Source: a virus
IMG/VR virus record: IMGVR_UViG_3300031746_000001
Strand: one strand, 5' to 3'
DNA: 64,000 nt
Part shown: in pieces, positions 8,426-18,479 of the stretch
How positions within the stretch are numbered: the stretch's first letter is position 1
How the letters are laid out: every line of letters starts with the position of its first letter
The notes under the pieces: model-generated
The model's input: the letters and a program-made list of their open reading frames with translations, nothing else
Database searches by the model: none
What the model was told of the DNA's origin: nothing
Position numbers and translations under genes: made by a program

Positions 8426-10316
8426 TGGGTATCACCTCGTCGATACAGACCCGGAATCCCACGTCCGTACCTGGGGCATCATCAAATCCCTTCACGAACG
8501 ACAGGTAGTAGGGCGAGCGCCCGGACCCGTCACTCCACTTCATCCCCCGAATAGCCGCCCGGGATCCTGCCGGGGCGATAAAGATATCCTTCTCCGTGGA
8601 CGAGGCTCCGAGCGGAATGAGAAGCCCCTGAAGGAAGGCGTCGGTCATGAAGGACACCATCGACCCCCCGACATAAGGAGGGCTCGTGAGTGGATGGTTA
8701 GTCATCTGCGGACAGAGAGCCACGACGGGCGTACCGAGCGCATGGACAGTTCCGGTCGTCCCGTTGTAAGCCCGCTCCACGTAGAGAGTCCAAGCCCCGC
8801 CTCCCATGCCGGAAGGTGCTGTCACCAGCATCTGCTCGTTCTCCACCTGCAGGATATCGCCGGTGAGAAACTCCTGTCCGGCAGTCCTGTTCGAGATGAC
8901 GTTATTCACCCGGATAACGTCCCCGTCGATAGGCTCTTCCATTCCCCACTGGTAGAGAATCCCCCGGGATCCGCTAGGCATGCACAGGAAGGTCTCGGCG
9001 ATGTACCCCTGATCTCCTACGGAATAGCTTATTCCCAGAGGAGCAGTCGTGAACCGGAGGACCTTGCTCCCTAGGTTCTCGGCATCCGTGAAGGCCACGT
9101 TCTCCGTAGCCCCCACAGCGTTCGCAAGGGTAAGGCTTCCCGTCACCTGCAGTCCGTCGATGTAATCGAGTCGCATCGAAACCTCCGTGCCCCCCGAAGG
9201 CGCCGAGGCGACGAACCGCCCATGACGGTAGACGGTCAGAAGAGACGAGCTGATCGTAAGATCGATGAGCTCCCGCACGTTCCCGAAGAAGTCGGAGATC
9301 CCAGGAACCCGGTTGTTGTGTGCCCACTTAGTCGGTCCGGACCCGGTCAGGAGCCGGTTCATCCGGTATGCCCCTCCGGAGAACTCAAGACCGAGGGCCG
9401 CCCCGTAGGTCGGGTCGGGGATCCCGTAACTGTCCGGAACAGCCGAATCCCCGTAATCCCTCCCGTAGTAGTTCGACCCCTTCTGATCGGCTCCAAAGAT
9501 GACGTTGAGCCACAAGATCGTCGCCCACTCGTAGCCGTTCATAAGATGGCCGAACCGCCCGTTGATATTTCGTCTCGCGGCCGTCTGCCTGGCGGCATTG
9601 TAGCTGAGATTGCACCACGGCGGGACGCCCTGCCGAGAGGTTGGAACATGGATGGCCGACCCGACAGAAGCCGTCCACGGAGAAGCTGTCGGCATGCTAT
9701 TTTCGTAAGCATCCACCCAGAACCCGCCCAGGTTGAGAGTCTGCGAAGGGAAGCATGGCGATCCACTAATCAGCGACCCTGAAGGAATCGCGAACGGAGG
9801 GATATAGACCATCGTGCTCTCCACAACCGGTCCGGACTCGACCCTGGACCCCGAGGGGACCGACGTCCCATAACCGCTCACCCATAACGTCGTAGGATGT
9901 CCGTCAATGGGAAGGGGATTGTAAGCCCCTGTCCCCCAGATATGCTCGATCCGGCACACTTTCCCGTTGATAGCGATCGCTTCGCCAAACCCATATTCAG
10001 TTCTCAGGTCTTGGGTATTAATCTTAACGGACGACCACTTCATGGAGGCCTCGTAACTTCCAGAGGCATCGGTCTTCACGCACTTCGAATAGTGCGGGAA
10101 AGTCTTAATCTGGACCTCGGACAACAGCCTCTGCCGGAGCCACCGGGAATTGTCCGAGATGTTTCGTCCGACCCGGTTCAAGACGTCCGCTTCGATTCCC
10201 TCCGTCGTGCCGTCCCATGCCACCAGAGGCTCCCCGTTCATCATCCAGTAGAGAGCCATAAGAGCAGAGTCGAAAAAGTCTAAACTCCCCTTCTCGAGAA
10301 CCGATTTATCAGACAT
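8418..10316 (-). CDS. Tail fibre / receptor-binding protein with Mtd-like (FGE-sulfatase / C-type lectin) domain
   Basis: N-terminal fibre-attachment-like motif (GEP...VLNR...DNSRWLRQ); CLec hallmarks FWVDAYE, SRQGVPPW, HLMNGYEW, GISDFFGNVRE and terminal VGFRVC. Confidence 0.7.
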   Translation of the reverse strand: MSDKSVLEKGSLDFFDSALMALYWMMNGEPLVAWDGTTEGIEADVLNRVGRNISDNSRWLRQRLLSEVQIKTFPHYSKCVKTDASGSYEASMKWSSVKINTQDLRTEYGFGEAIAINGKVCRIEHIWGTGAYNPLPIDGHPTTLWVSGYGTSVPSGSRVESGPVVESTMVYIPPFAIPSGSLISGSPCFPSQTLNLGGFWVDAYENSMPTASPWTASVGSAIHVPTSRQGVPPWCNLSYNAARQTAARRNINGRFGHLMNGYEWATILWLNVIFGADQKGSNYYGRDYGDSAVPDSYGIPDPTYGAALGLEFSGGAYRMNRLLTGSGPTKWAHNNRVPGISDFFGNVRELIDLTISSSLLTVYRHGRFVASAPSGGTEVSMRLDYIDGLQVTGSLTLANAVGATENVAFTDAENLGSKVLRFTTAPLGISYSVGDQGYIAETFLCMPSGSRGILYQWGMEEPIDGDVIRVNNVISNRTAGQEFLTGDILQVENEQMLVTAPSGMGGGAWTLYVERAYNGTTGTVHALGTPVVALCPQMTNHPLTSPPYVGGSMVSFMTDAFLQGLLIPLGASSTEKDIFIAPAGSRAAIRGMKWSDGSGRSPYYLSFVKGFDDAPGTDVGFRVCIDEVIPNA

Positions 10317-10325
10317 GATGATCTC

Positions 10326-10811
10326 CTATAGCGTGAGAGTCCAGATGTAAGTAAGCGTGATGGCCCCCGTCTTGACAGGGGGAGGAACGAACACTGCCCG
10401 GGCGAACATCCTTTGACCTGACGTCCCGAAGTCTGGATCCGAAGAAACCGTATCGCTAAAAATTCCGGCCTCCCCGATGGCCTTATCGTTCAAGGCATCC
10501 GAAAGGGGAATGGTATAAGTAACCTGAACCTGCGTCCCACTCGGATACGTCGGGGAATCCACGGCCCTATTCTCTCCATAGTCTCCGGCAAGAGCGGTAT
10601 TGCTAACCCCCAGACCACTCGTAGAGCTTCCAAACCGGATATACTTAATCGCAGGCAACGCTCCCAGAGCATCGTTTCCAAGACGCCTGCGAACGAGCGT
10701 TCGTAAAACGTCCACGATCATGTTGCTGACTACCCGGCGCCACACCTCTTCGCCGGTGGCATTCCGGGCAACGACCTCAACAGTCCCCCGCATCCTCAAA
10801 TGATCTTCCAT
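10326..10811 (-). CDS. Tail-collar / fibre-attachment (DUF3751-like) protein
   Basis: YIRFGSS...TAL...IGEAGIF...MFARAVF..PVKT...YIWTLTL pattern; lies between the tail protein I-like gene and the fibre gene. Confidence 0.6.
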   Translation of the reverse strand: MEDHLRMRGTVEVVARNATGEEVWRRVVSNMIVDVLRTLVRRRLGNDALGALPAIKYIRFGSSTSGLGVSNTALAGDYGENRAVDSPTYPSGTQVQVTYTIPLSDALNDKAIGEAGIFSDTVSSDPDFGTSGQRMFARAVFVPPPVKTGAITLTYIWTLTL

Positions 10812-10823
10812 GATTCCTTCTCC

Positions 10824-11594
10824 TTATGATGGAATGGCACTGACGGTATCGGATGCCAACAGGCTGTCGTTAATCTCGTAGGTCACCCGAACCCGAGGGA
10901 TCGAAACGTGAGCGGGGTGAATCCATCCGATTAGGCGCCTCAGCATCTTGAAATCGCCCACACCCCACTCCGCCCGTTTCCGGGGACTGCGTTCCGTGAT
11001 GTCGAGCCGGATCTTGCTCAACGGGACGCCCTCCCGATCGGGAGGAAGCTCCTCGAGCGCCACCCAGTTTCCGGATCCCGCAAAGTAGATGATGTACTCG
11101 TCAAACCCTTCGTTCACTCCGGCCACAGCCTCGTAGCCCGCCCGCAGGAGATAATAAGACGCCGGATCGCCCCGCTGGACCTGAATCTCGTAGAGGTCTT
11201 TGACCGTAACGTCCAGCCCGGTCATCCGCAGGACAAAGTTATAGCACCAGATCTCCCCCTTACGGAGAGTCCAGTAACCATAGGAGTCCAGGAACGCCCG
11301 AAGGAATTCGTCTGACCACCGGACGTCTACGTCAATGGCGAACATCTCGGCCAAGTAGTGGAGGAGATCAGGTCGGACAGACGTAGGATCCCGCAGACTC
11401 ATGAAGCCGTCGGCGGCCACCTTGAGACGCTCGATAGGGGTTGCGGCTATATCGAAAAAGTCCTTGAGGACACCCCCCCGATCGTCGTCCTTGTCCCTAT
11501 AGATTCCGGGCACTCCGTTCCATAAGGCCGGAAAGCCGAAGGCCGCCCGACCAAACGGGTCCAGCCCGAACCTATCCTGACCAAACCCAGGCAT
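10824..11594 (-). CDS. Baseplate wedge / P2 gpI-like tail protein
   Basis: VPGIYRDKD...LKDF...RDP..VRPDLLHYLA.MF...RKG...IHPAH is the tail protein I pattern. Confidence 0.7.
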   Translation of the reverse strand: MPGFGQDRFGLDPFGRAAFGFPALWNGVPGIYRDKDDDRGGVLKDFFDIAATPIERLKVAADGFMSLRDPTSVRPDLLHYLAEMFAIDVDVRWSDEFLRAFLDSYGYWTLRKGEIWCYNFVLRMTGLDVTVKDLYEIQVQRGDPASYYLLRAGYEAVAGVNEGFDEYIIYFAGSGNWVALEELPPDREGVPLSKIRLDITERSPRKRAEWGVGDFKMLRRLIGWIHPAHVSIPRVRVTYEINDSLLASDTVSAIPS

Positions 11595-11618
11595 CGACCT
11601 GATCTCCTCCTGTCAAAG

Positions 11619-11927
11619 TTACTTCTTCCCGTTGTTCGGGTTCGCCTTGCTCAACAGGTCTCCTATCGTCTTGTAACCTCCGGACGCCAGGAACCCGCCG
11701 ATCAACCCGACCGCCACGATAAGCCACATCTTCGGTGGCACCCCGTAGAACGGGTCCATGAAGTAATAGGCTCGAACTGCGGCCGCTCCGACCCCTACAA
11801 TGAGATCGGCTATCACCGCCACCTGGCCGGTGATAAACTTTCCGATGTAAGGGAGGTTTTTCAGAATTGGAAGAGCTCCCAAGCAAACCCCCGTGATCAG
11901 CAACAGCTGTGCATCCCATCCGTTCAT
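11619..11927 (-). CDS. Holin-like membrane protein
   Basis: 102 aa with about three hydrophobic segments, a GFLASGGY motif and a basic C-terminus; adjacent to the spanin-like gene. Confidence 0.65.
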   Translation of the reverse strand: MNGWDAQLLLITGVCLGALPILKNLPYIGKFITGQVAVIADLIVGVGAAAVRAYYFMDPFYGVPPKMWLIVAVGLIGGFLASGGYKTIGDLLSKANPNNGKK

Positions 11928-11940
11928 TCTCTCTCACCTC

Positions 11941-12540
11941 CTATCGCAGTGGAATAGAAACCCCAGCGAAGGCGCATGGCGGGCCTTTATAAAGCCAGCC
12001 CACGCCGAACGTCGCTTCCACGTTGGGAGTCAGATGGTAGGCCGGGGCAAACCCGGCGTAGCTCTGAGTCCCGACCACTCCCCAGTTCCACTTTCGGTTG
12101 AACATAAACTTAAGCCGTCCCCCGATCCGGTACTTCGCCCTCGTGTCGAAGCCTCCGTAGACTTCCGGGATAAGACACCATCCCCTCTGCTGGACCTGAA
12201 GGGTCGGGGGCTGTTGGATGACCACCATCGTCGTCTCCTTGGTGGTCGAATTGTAGACCCAGGTCGTCTCGGCCTTGCCTGGGATGATCGTCACGTGCCC
12301 CTCGGGTGGCTTCTGGATGATCACCTGCGTTCCGTTGCTCTGAAGGGCAATCACCTTGTCGTTTAGAATCTGGATGGTCGCCAGAAGGCTATCCAGCTTC
12401 ACGGTCGAGGTTGTGTCCGGGCCGACGGTCACCACCTGCGGGCCGTTATTCCCCTTCGAGAACATCATGACGAGCATCACCAAGATTAAGGCGATGACGG
12501 CATGGTTCGAGTTAAGTTTAAGGTTTTTGAGGTCTATCAT
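11941..12540 (-). CDS. Spanin-like protein (N-terminal TM, coiled coil, C-terminal amphipathic beta strands)
   Basis: AVIALILVMLVMMF TM segment, short coiled coil, Thr/Val-rich linker, then Gly/aromatic alternating strands ending FAGVSIPLR; next to the holin-like gene. Confidence 0.5.
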   Translation of the reverse strand: MIDLKNLKLNSNHAVIALILVMLVMMFSKGNNGPQVVTVGPDTTSTVKLDSLLATIQILNDKVIALQSNGTQVIIQKPPEGHVTIIPGKAETTWVYNSTTKETTMVVIQQPPTLQVQQRGWCLIPEVYGGFDTRAKYRIGGRLKFMFNRKWNWGVVGTQSYAGFAPAYHLTPNVEATFGVGWLYKGPPCAFAGVSIPLR

Positions 12541-15500
12541 ATAGCCTCATAAAGAGCTACGCTTCCCGTGAGACTCGGGATGACCCCCCCGCCGTTAATG
12601 TAGAAACTACCATCATAGTAGTTAGCATTCTCGAACACACACTGGGTTATCCTCAGATACTGCATAGCAGACCCGAGATTTCTAAGGCAATACTGCCCAC
12701 CGCCGTATGCTCCGTAAGGGTAGCACCGAATTTTGCATCGGTAGAACCACTGCTTCTCCCAGACTCCTCCCCCGAGATCGATGTCCGTGAGCGCGTCCCA
12801 CACGATCCCATCCAACAGCCCGGAATCGGACAGGATGCCAGGATCGAACTCACAGTGTTGCCACCAGAACTTGGTAGGAGGCAAAGCATCCGGGTAGTAA
12901 ATGATCTTCAGGGCGTTGTTGTTGTAGGGGAACAGCCTCAGATACCCAGCATCGATGTCGGCAAGGATGTCCGGTATGCCCGCCGTCCCGCCCGAGCAGT
13001 AAATCAGCATGGCCTCGCAGACAGAACTCGTCTGATAAACGTCGACGTTCCGGATATACAGGCTTTGCTTCGTGGGGTAGATCGACCCCGAGGGATAGCA
13101 CACCTCGTAATCGATGCCGTAAGAAGGGTTGATATTGTAGACCTGAAGGTTTAAGAGCCCGACCTCCGGAGTGTAGACCTGGCCGGACGGCAGGCAGGTA
13201 GTCCGAAGAACCGTAACGTCCCCCTTGATAATCGTCGTCTTGGGGTCGAGCCCCACGACGTAAACTCCATCGAGGTTCTCGAGAAGCAGGTCGGACTGGT
13301 ATATCCCCGGGTACAGAATGACAACATAGGGGTTGTCTTTGGAGGCCGGAATCGACGCAGACTTAATGTCATTGATCGCCGCTTGCGGGTCAGAGAACTG
13401 TGCTCCTTCCTTCGCCACGATCCTCGTAAACCCCGGGGCAAACCCTCCCTGAGCGGCGGCGGCTTCCAAGCGTTCCCCAATCGATGCGAACGTCCCTCTG
13501 GCACTCACAACCTCAGCGGCCGCCACCTGTGTCGTCTCGAGTGATGCGACTATTTCGGTCTTCAGTTTGGCATAGATCTCGCCGTCCGCGACGTGATCCA
13601 TCGTGATGGGATCGGCCTGCAAAGTGATGACGTCCGTCTGGTCACCCGCCTGCCCTCCCGAGTCGAAAGCCCTGATTCTCGCCTTGAACGTCGGCGGGAT
13701 AGGAGACACCCCCGAGATCTGTGCAAGGTCGGCCCCCAACCAGACCCTCGTCCCGATCGTGTGCATGATGAACGAGTTGCCCGAGTTGTAATCCGGAGTC
13801 GACCCATCCTTCGTCCACGCTATCTCGTAGCCCTTCGCATTTACCACGCCGTTCCAGCTCAGGTCAACCCCGCCGACCCGCTTGATCATGTAGCCACCCG
13901 TAGGCATGGCTAGCTTAGTTTTGGCTCCAGCGATGATGCTTACCCACGAAGTCCAGGCGCTCTTCTGTGCCGGGGAGGGCCCGTTGGACGACCGGACCCG
14001 CATCCGGTACTTGACTCCAACAACCAACCCGTGCTTGGTATAATACATCGGCGTCCACTTGGCGGCATCCAGAGGGTCGCCGCTCGGATCGACCCTAAAG
14101 AGTTCCTCCTCTTCGTCTACCCCGGTAACACCCCCCGAGTTCATCGGCTGTAGCTGGACATCGTAGCCAAGAGCCCCGGGGCCCACGGAGTAAGACCCGT
14201 CCGCCCCCGTTGATCCAGACGGAACGACCAGAACGGTATCGGCGTTGTCGAGTACGCTCAACCGTTTCCCTGCAGAATCGGTCACCAGCTGTCCGATCCA
14301 GTAGTCCGGACTCCACGCCTTTCCCCCGTCCGTGAGAATATTCAAAGCCCACGTGCCGCTTCCGGTATCTCCCCACTTGAGCTTAACCCAAGCAGTCTTC
14401 GGAATTTGCTTAGACTGGGAGGACATCGGAAATTCGATCTCCGGCTGTTTCTGATCTTCATCAATCCCGGTCGTGATGGCAATGCCCTTTGGAATCGGGG
14501 GACTGTCGCTAGCCGTGGTCTTAGTGACGACATCGGAAATGTCGCTCGAGACGCTGAATCTCTGGGCGATGACGTAGACTTGGTACTTGGTATTCACCAG
14601 CAGGCCCCGGACGTAGCGCTCGTTAGATACGATTTTGGTCTGCGAGGGCGGGTAGCCATTGACCGGAAACTCGGGAGAGGGGACCGAAACAAAGGATGGA
14701 TTCTCGAAAACCTCCGTGAGCTCATCGACCGTAGTCGTCCCACCTTGACTGAACGGAGTGACGTAAACCTTCATCTGGCAGTCTTTCGGCAAGATATAGA
14801 AGGTCTTGTTCGTTCCGGAACCGCCGACTCCCTCGACGATGACCGTCGTATCGGTATTAGAAAGAATCTTGTGATAAACGTTTCCGGCTACATCATAGAG
14901 ATACCAGGCATCATCTTGACCGGAGGCCGCCCACTCGTTGGTCGAGTAAGCCCCGCACCTGGTGGTGTCGATTGTAAAGAGAGTCCCGTTCCAGTGCCCA
15001 ACACCCTTGTCCCCCCAGACCACACGGATGTAAGCATGTGGACCGACGTTCCGGTTCGTCCCTGGCTGATTGAGCTTATCAGGAGGAATATCCCGGTCTA
15101 GCCCGGTCTCCGGGACGGAAACATGTCGCGGCTTCGGGGGCTTAAATAATCCCCGACCCGTTCCCTCCCTGAACACCAGGACATTCCGGTAGCGGACATC
15201 CCGCATGGCAATAGGAGCCCCTCCGGCGATATCGACCTCCGCAAGCTGAACGACATCGGTGTCAGATGGCCCGAATGATGCGGCCACGACGATCTCATAA
15301 CTGTTGTGATTGTAGGTGTGGCCGTCCGGGCTGTAAGTCTCGTCGTAGGTCACGTCCTCGGCAGGATTGTTGTAGACCTTGTAACGCAGGGCAATGACCC
15401 ACGTCCCGTTCCCTGTGGGATAAGAATTTCCCGTTATCCCGCCCGAGGGAACGCAGATCACGTTCCCGTTCTGCGTAAGAGCATAGCCGGGCTTTATCGT

Positions 15501-15704
15501 GTAGGATGTCCACGATCCAACGTCGACCACCTGCAGGTCGGAATAGGGGGCCCCCGAGGTATCATACGACGTGATCGCCACGCCATAGGTCTTGACGTAG
15601 GCGCCGAGAAGGGCCGTGAGGTTGGCTACCTCAGCTTGCTCAATGAGAGCAACGACATCCTGGATGCTTTCGATAAACCCAGTTTTATAAGTCGCCTTCT
15701 CCAT
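12537..15704 (-). CDS. Large tail/baseplate fibre protein (FN3-like domains, coiled coil, C-terminal beta-helix-like region)
   Basis: 1055 aa. N-terminal IKPGYALTQNGNVI...LAEV...DVR baseplate-anchoring pattern; FN3-like segments (GLLVNTKYQVYV, GLVVGVKYRMRVRS, LSWNGV..AKGYEI); FSDPQAAINDI...VVILYPGIY tailspike-like cap. Confidence 0.65.
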   Translation of the reverse strand: MEKATYKTGFIESIQDVVALIEQAEVANLTALLGAYVKTYGVAITSYDTSGAPYSDLQVVDVGSWTSYTIKPGYALTQNGNVICVPSGGITGNSYPTGNGTWVIALRYKVYNNPAEDVTYDETYSPDGHTYNHNSYEIVVAASFGPSDTDVVQLAEVDIAGGAPIAMRDVRYRNVLVFREGTGRGLFKPPKPRHVSVPETGLDRDIPPDKLNQPGTNRNVGPHAYIRVVWGDKGVGHWNGTLFTIDTTRCGAYSTNEWAASGQDDAWYLYDVAGNVYHKILSNTDTTVIVEGVGGSGTNKTFYILPKDCQMKVYVTPFSQGGTTTVDELTEVFENPSFVSVPSPEFPVNGYPPSQTKIVSNERYVRGLLVNTKYQVYVIAQRFSVSSDISDVVTKTTASDSPPIPKGIAITTGIDEDQKQPEIEFPMSSQSKQIPKTAWVKLKWGDTGSGTWALNILTDGGKAWSPDYWIGQLVTDSAGKRLSVLDNADTVLVVPSGSTGADGSYSVGPGALGYDVQLQPMNSGGVTGVDEEEELFRVDPSGDPLDAAKWTPMYYTKHGLVVGVKYRMRVRSSNGPSPAQKSAWTSWVSIIAGAKTKLAMPTGGYMIKRVGGVDLSWNGVVNAKGYEIAWTKDGSTPDYNSGNSFIMHTIGTRVWLGADLAQISGVSPIPPTFKARIRAFDSGGQAGDQTDVITLQADPITMDHVADGEIYAKLKTEIVASLETTQVAAAEVVSARGTFASIGERLEAAAAQGGFAPGFTRIVAKEGAQFSDPQAAINDIKSASIPASKDNPYVVILYPGIYQSDLLLENLDGVYVVGLDPKTTIIKGDVTVLRTTCLPSGQVYTPEVGLLNLQVYNINPSYGIDYEVCYPSGSIYPTKQSLYIRNVDVYQTSSVCEAMLIYCSGGTAGIPDILADIDAGYLRLFPYNNNALKIIYYPDALPPTKFWWQHCEFDPGILSDSGLLDGIVWDALTDIDLGGGVWEKQWFYRCKIRCYPYGAYGGGQYCLRNLGSAMQYLRITQCVFENANYYDGSFYINGGGVIPSLTGSVALYEAI

Positions 15705-16257
15705 AATACACCCCCATGATTTGTTCGATGTTCGGCTCCTGGGCCTTCAGGTCGGCTCGGAACTTATCCATATCCCAGTTTACTCCGGGACATTGCTTCT
15801 CGACAGGCTTGTTGAGCATCACGAACGTCTCCCTGTGGCCGACGACGTTCTTGAATGGGATCCCGGACAGGAAGCACGTAGCGAAAACCATCTTGAGCAT
15901 CCCGTACCACACGAGATCCGGAACGAGGTTATGATCGTAATCTCCAATCACCACGAAGCCCACGCTCCGATCGTTGAACCCGAGGGCATGGCTCCCCCCA
16001 ACCCAAAAACTTCTTCCCCGGCGCCAGCAGAGCTTTCCGTCGACGAACTCCAAGCCGCCGTGGTAGCCGATATCCGACCAGGGACCCTCGACATGCTTCC
16101 CCTGCGCCTGGAGCTGTTTCCCGATCTCCGGGGTAACGATCTTCCCTTCGAATCGCCAGCTCTTGTGATACCTCCTGATCCCCTCCCAGTCGGCGGTAAT
16201 GTTGTTGTCCGGGGAGAACGAGTGATGCAGAACGATATACTCGGCAATGTTTAACAT
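15685..16257 (-). CDS. N-acetylmuramoyl-L-alanine amidase (T7-lysozyme/PGRP type endolysin)
   Basis: YIVLHHS, WSDIGYH, GSHALGFN, SVGFVVIGDY, VVGHRE and CPG motifs. Start MLNIAE (16257) follows AGGAGG. Confidence 0.9.
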   Translation of the reverse strand: MLNIAEYIVLHHSFSPDNNITADWEGIRRYHKSWRFEGKIVTPEIGKQLQAQGKHVEGPWSDIGYHGGLEFVDGKLCWRRGRSFWVGGSHALGFNDRSVGFVVIGDYDHNLVPDLVWYGMLKMVFATCFLSGIPFKNVVGHRETFVMLNKPVEKQCPGVNWDMDKFRADLKAQEPNIEQIMGVYYGEGDL

Positions 16258-16268
16258 GGCTCCTCCTG

Positions 16269-16691
16269 TTAGGGCCCGGGAAGACTTGTAACTCCCAGAC
16301 GACCTGGAAGCACGAAGAAGGTGTTCCCCCATCGGACGCCCAGAACGTAGACTGTGCTTTCGACCAGGATGACGGATCCCGCATACATGACGACGGACGT
16401 ATCGTAGACCTTAAAGTAGAGGCACTGCCCGTCCTCGACGGCAAGGCTTCCTGCGGCAAGAGTCAAGACCTGTCCGCTGAATGGATTGAACCACTTGGCC
16501 TCCGTCCACGCCACCGTTGCGGCCCCGCTCGAGTAGGTAAAGCCCCCGTCCTGAATCGGGATGAGGCCGTGATTGCGGTAACCCCCGTAGGTGAACTGGT
16601 CGAAGGCCGCAAAGAGGTTCGACAAAGTAGAATACGACGATGTGTCTCCCTCCGGGGGGTAGACGAAACTGCATTTCTGTGTAGTCGGCAT
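16269..16691 (-). CDS. Hypothetical baseplate-region protein
   Basis: 140 aa, GGGAGG RBS, directly downstream of the baseplate J-like gene. Confidence 0.6.
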   Translation of the reverse strand: MPTTQKCSFVYPPEGDTSSYSTLSNLFAAFDQFTYGGYRNHGLIPIQDGGFTYSSGAATVAWTEAKWFNPFSGQVLTLAAGSLAVEDGQCLYFKVYDTSVVMYAGSVILVESTVYVLGVRWGNTFFVLPGRLGVTSLPGP

Positions 16692-16703
16692 TCTCCCTCC
16701 CTG

Positions 16704-18479
16704 TTAGTAAGTCGCCCTGATATCCCGAGGCGGCTGGGTGTTTCGCGGCCTGGTTGTCCCGGTAATGGTGACCGTCCCCGCAACCAAGATATACTGCGGC
16801 TTAGGAACGGCGTCCCCGCTCTCCATTGTCACTCCGGTCGTCCCCGATGGAAGACTGAGTGTGACCCGAACGTAGTCCACGCCTGTAACCTCCTGGGCGA
16901 CGTCGTAAATGTGGGACGCCCGCAAGGCAACCCCGAAGTTTCTGTTCTTGAGAAGCTCCTGCACGGCGGTATTCACTGCGGAGATCACGTCCCCGGCGTT
17001 GTAGTTATCAAGCACCCCGACCTGGATGGTGATATTCACAGGACGCAGGAGGCTCGATCCGGCTACGATCTGGACCACGACCGTGGCGACTTTCTTGGTC
17101 TCGAGATGGTCGGACAGGCGGTTCATGAAGTCCGTCGATGGGTTGACGTAATTCCCGTCGCCGTCCAGGGACAGGACGTAGAGCTTAATGAGGTTCACAT
17201 CCCGACCCGAGGCAATGATCCCCGTCAGGTAGTTCGTGAGGGCCGTCTTGGTCCCGACGTCCGTGATCAAATCCAAAAGCCCCTGCAGGTAGGCGTCATC
17301 CAGAACCTGCTTGATCACCACGCCCCGGACTCTCGCCAGGCTTCCCTCTGGATCGACGTAGTTCATGGCGATGGTCTCGTAGTCCCCGATCGTGACCGCC
17401 CGGTCCTTCGTGAGGAATATCCGGGGAGCATAGACCTTGACGTGGCGGGTGTCCTCTTCGTCGGCGCCTCCCGAAGCCCCAAGAACGTTGTTGAGGGTAG
17501 CCCTAATCTCCGTTCCTTTGACGTAGACAGGGGACTTGAAGGACGTGATGGAGGCACTCTTCGCGTTGCCCAAAGCTCCGGAACAAGCCCTCCATGAGAC
17601 TTCAATCTGCGCCCCGTCCCGGGGGATAGGGGCGCTAACCCCATCTCCGAACTTGAGCGTCGGCGGTGAATCATTGTAGTCCACGATGTAATGATTCGAC
17701 CCGTCGAACGTCCAGTAGTCCTGTTCCGTCCAGGGAACGCCGTCGACCGTAACCAGCATCGTCCCCTGTGCTACAAACATTTCGGTAGGGTGATCGGAGA
17801 GAGGGAACTTCTGGTTGGAACTCTCATCCGAGATGAAAGACATGCGAACGATCTTCCCCTCGGTTACGATAGCCTTCTCCACCTCTACGGGACGGAGGGT
17901 CAGCTCCCCGGTATAGAACTTCAGATCGTCGTTGAGGGTGAACTCCAAGTCATTCGGACCCGCACAGGCCGTCCCGCTCGGAATGACCACGTCGAAGGAG
18001 TAAGGCTGAGACAGAGTGACCGTTATCGCTGTCCGGGCGGCCACAGCCCTGCCGACCCGGTAGCCAAGATTCCAAGCTCCCCGGCCAACGTTCTTGCGGA
18101 GGGTTGCCGTCCCGATAAATGCTTCCGATGCCTTGAAGTCCTGATACCACGACAGGTTGTCCCCGACGAAGGCAAACAATTGCATGAGCATCACGCCCAT
18201 GTCGCTATCCAGGAAGTCCTGGTAGGTGTCCTGATACTTCACCTTCAGCCACGCCTGCATCTCGTCGAGGATCGTCTGGTAGTCCCTCCCGTAGTAAGCG
18301 ACCCTCGTAAGGGCATCCCGCACCTGAAACGCACTCGGGAGCCGGGCGTCGAACTCCTTCTCGACCCAGCCCGTCCCCGAAACATACACGTAGGTCGTCC
18401 CGGATGGGGCAAGATAAACGATGTCGTAATCCTGGGGATTATCTGGGAGGGTATCGAGCTCTAAGACATCTATGATCAT
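16704..18479 (-). CDS. Baseplate wedge protein (baseplate J / T4 gp6-like)
   Basis: YYGRDYQTI...YQDFLDSDMGVMLMQLFAFVGDNLSWYQD...LGY; LKFGDGV...P; GGADEE...APR...DRAVTIGDYE. Confidence 0.9.
   Translation of the reverse strand: MIIDVLELDTLPDNPQDYDIVYLAPSGTTYVYVSGTGWVEKEFDARLPSAFQVRDALTRVAYYGRDYQTILDEMQAWLKVKYQDTYQDFLDSDMGVMLMQLFAFVGDNLSWYQDFKASEAFIGTATLRKNVGRGAWNLGYRVGRAVAARTAITVTLSQPYSFDVVIPSGTACAGPNDLEFTLNDDLKFYTGELTLRPVEVEKAIVTEGKIVRMSFISDESSNQKFPLSDHPTEMFVAQGTMLVTVDGVPWTEQDYWTFDGSNHYIVDYNDSPPTLKFGDGVSAPIPRDGAQIEVSWRACSGALGNAKSASITSFKSPVYVKGTEIRATLNNVLGASGGADEEDTRHVKVYAPRIFLTKDRAVTIGDYETIAMNYVDPEGSLARVRGVVIKQVLDDAYLQGLLDLITDVGTKTALTNYLTGIIASGRDVNLIKLYVLSLDGDGNYVNPSTDFMNRLSDHLETKKVATVVVQIVAGSSLLRPVNITIQVGVLDNYNAGDVISAVNTAVQELLKNRNFGVALRASHIYDVAQEVTGVDYVRVTLSLPSGTTGVTMESGDAVPKPQYILVAGTVTITGTTRPRNTQPPRDIRATY

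Noticed and set aside
8418-8600. Active diversity-generating retroelement
   Set aside because: No reverse transcriptase or template repeat seen in this window; only the target-like fold is present.
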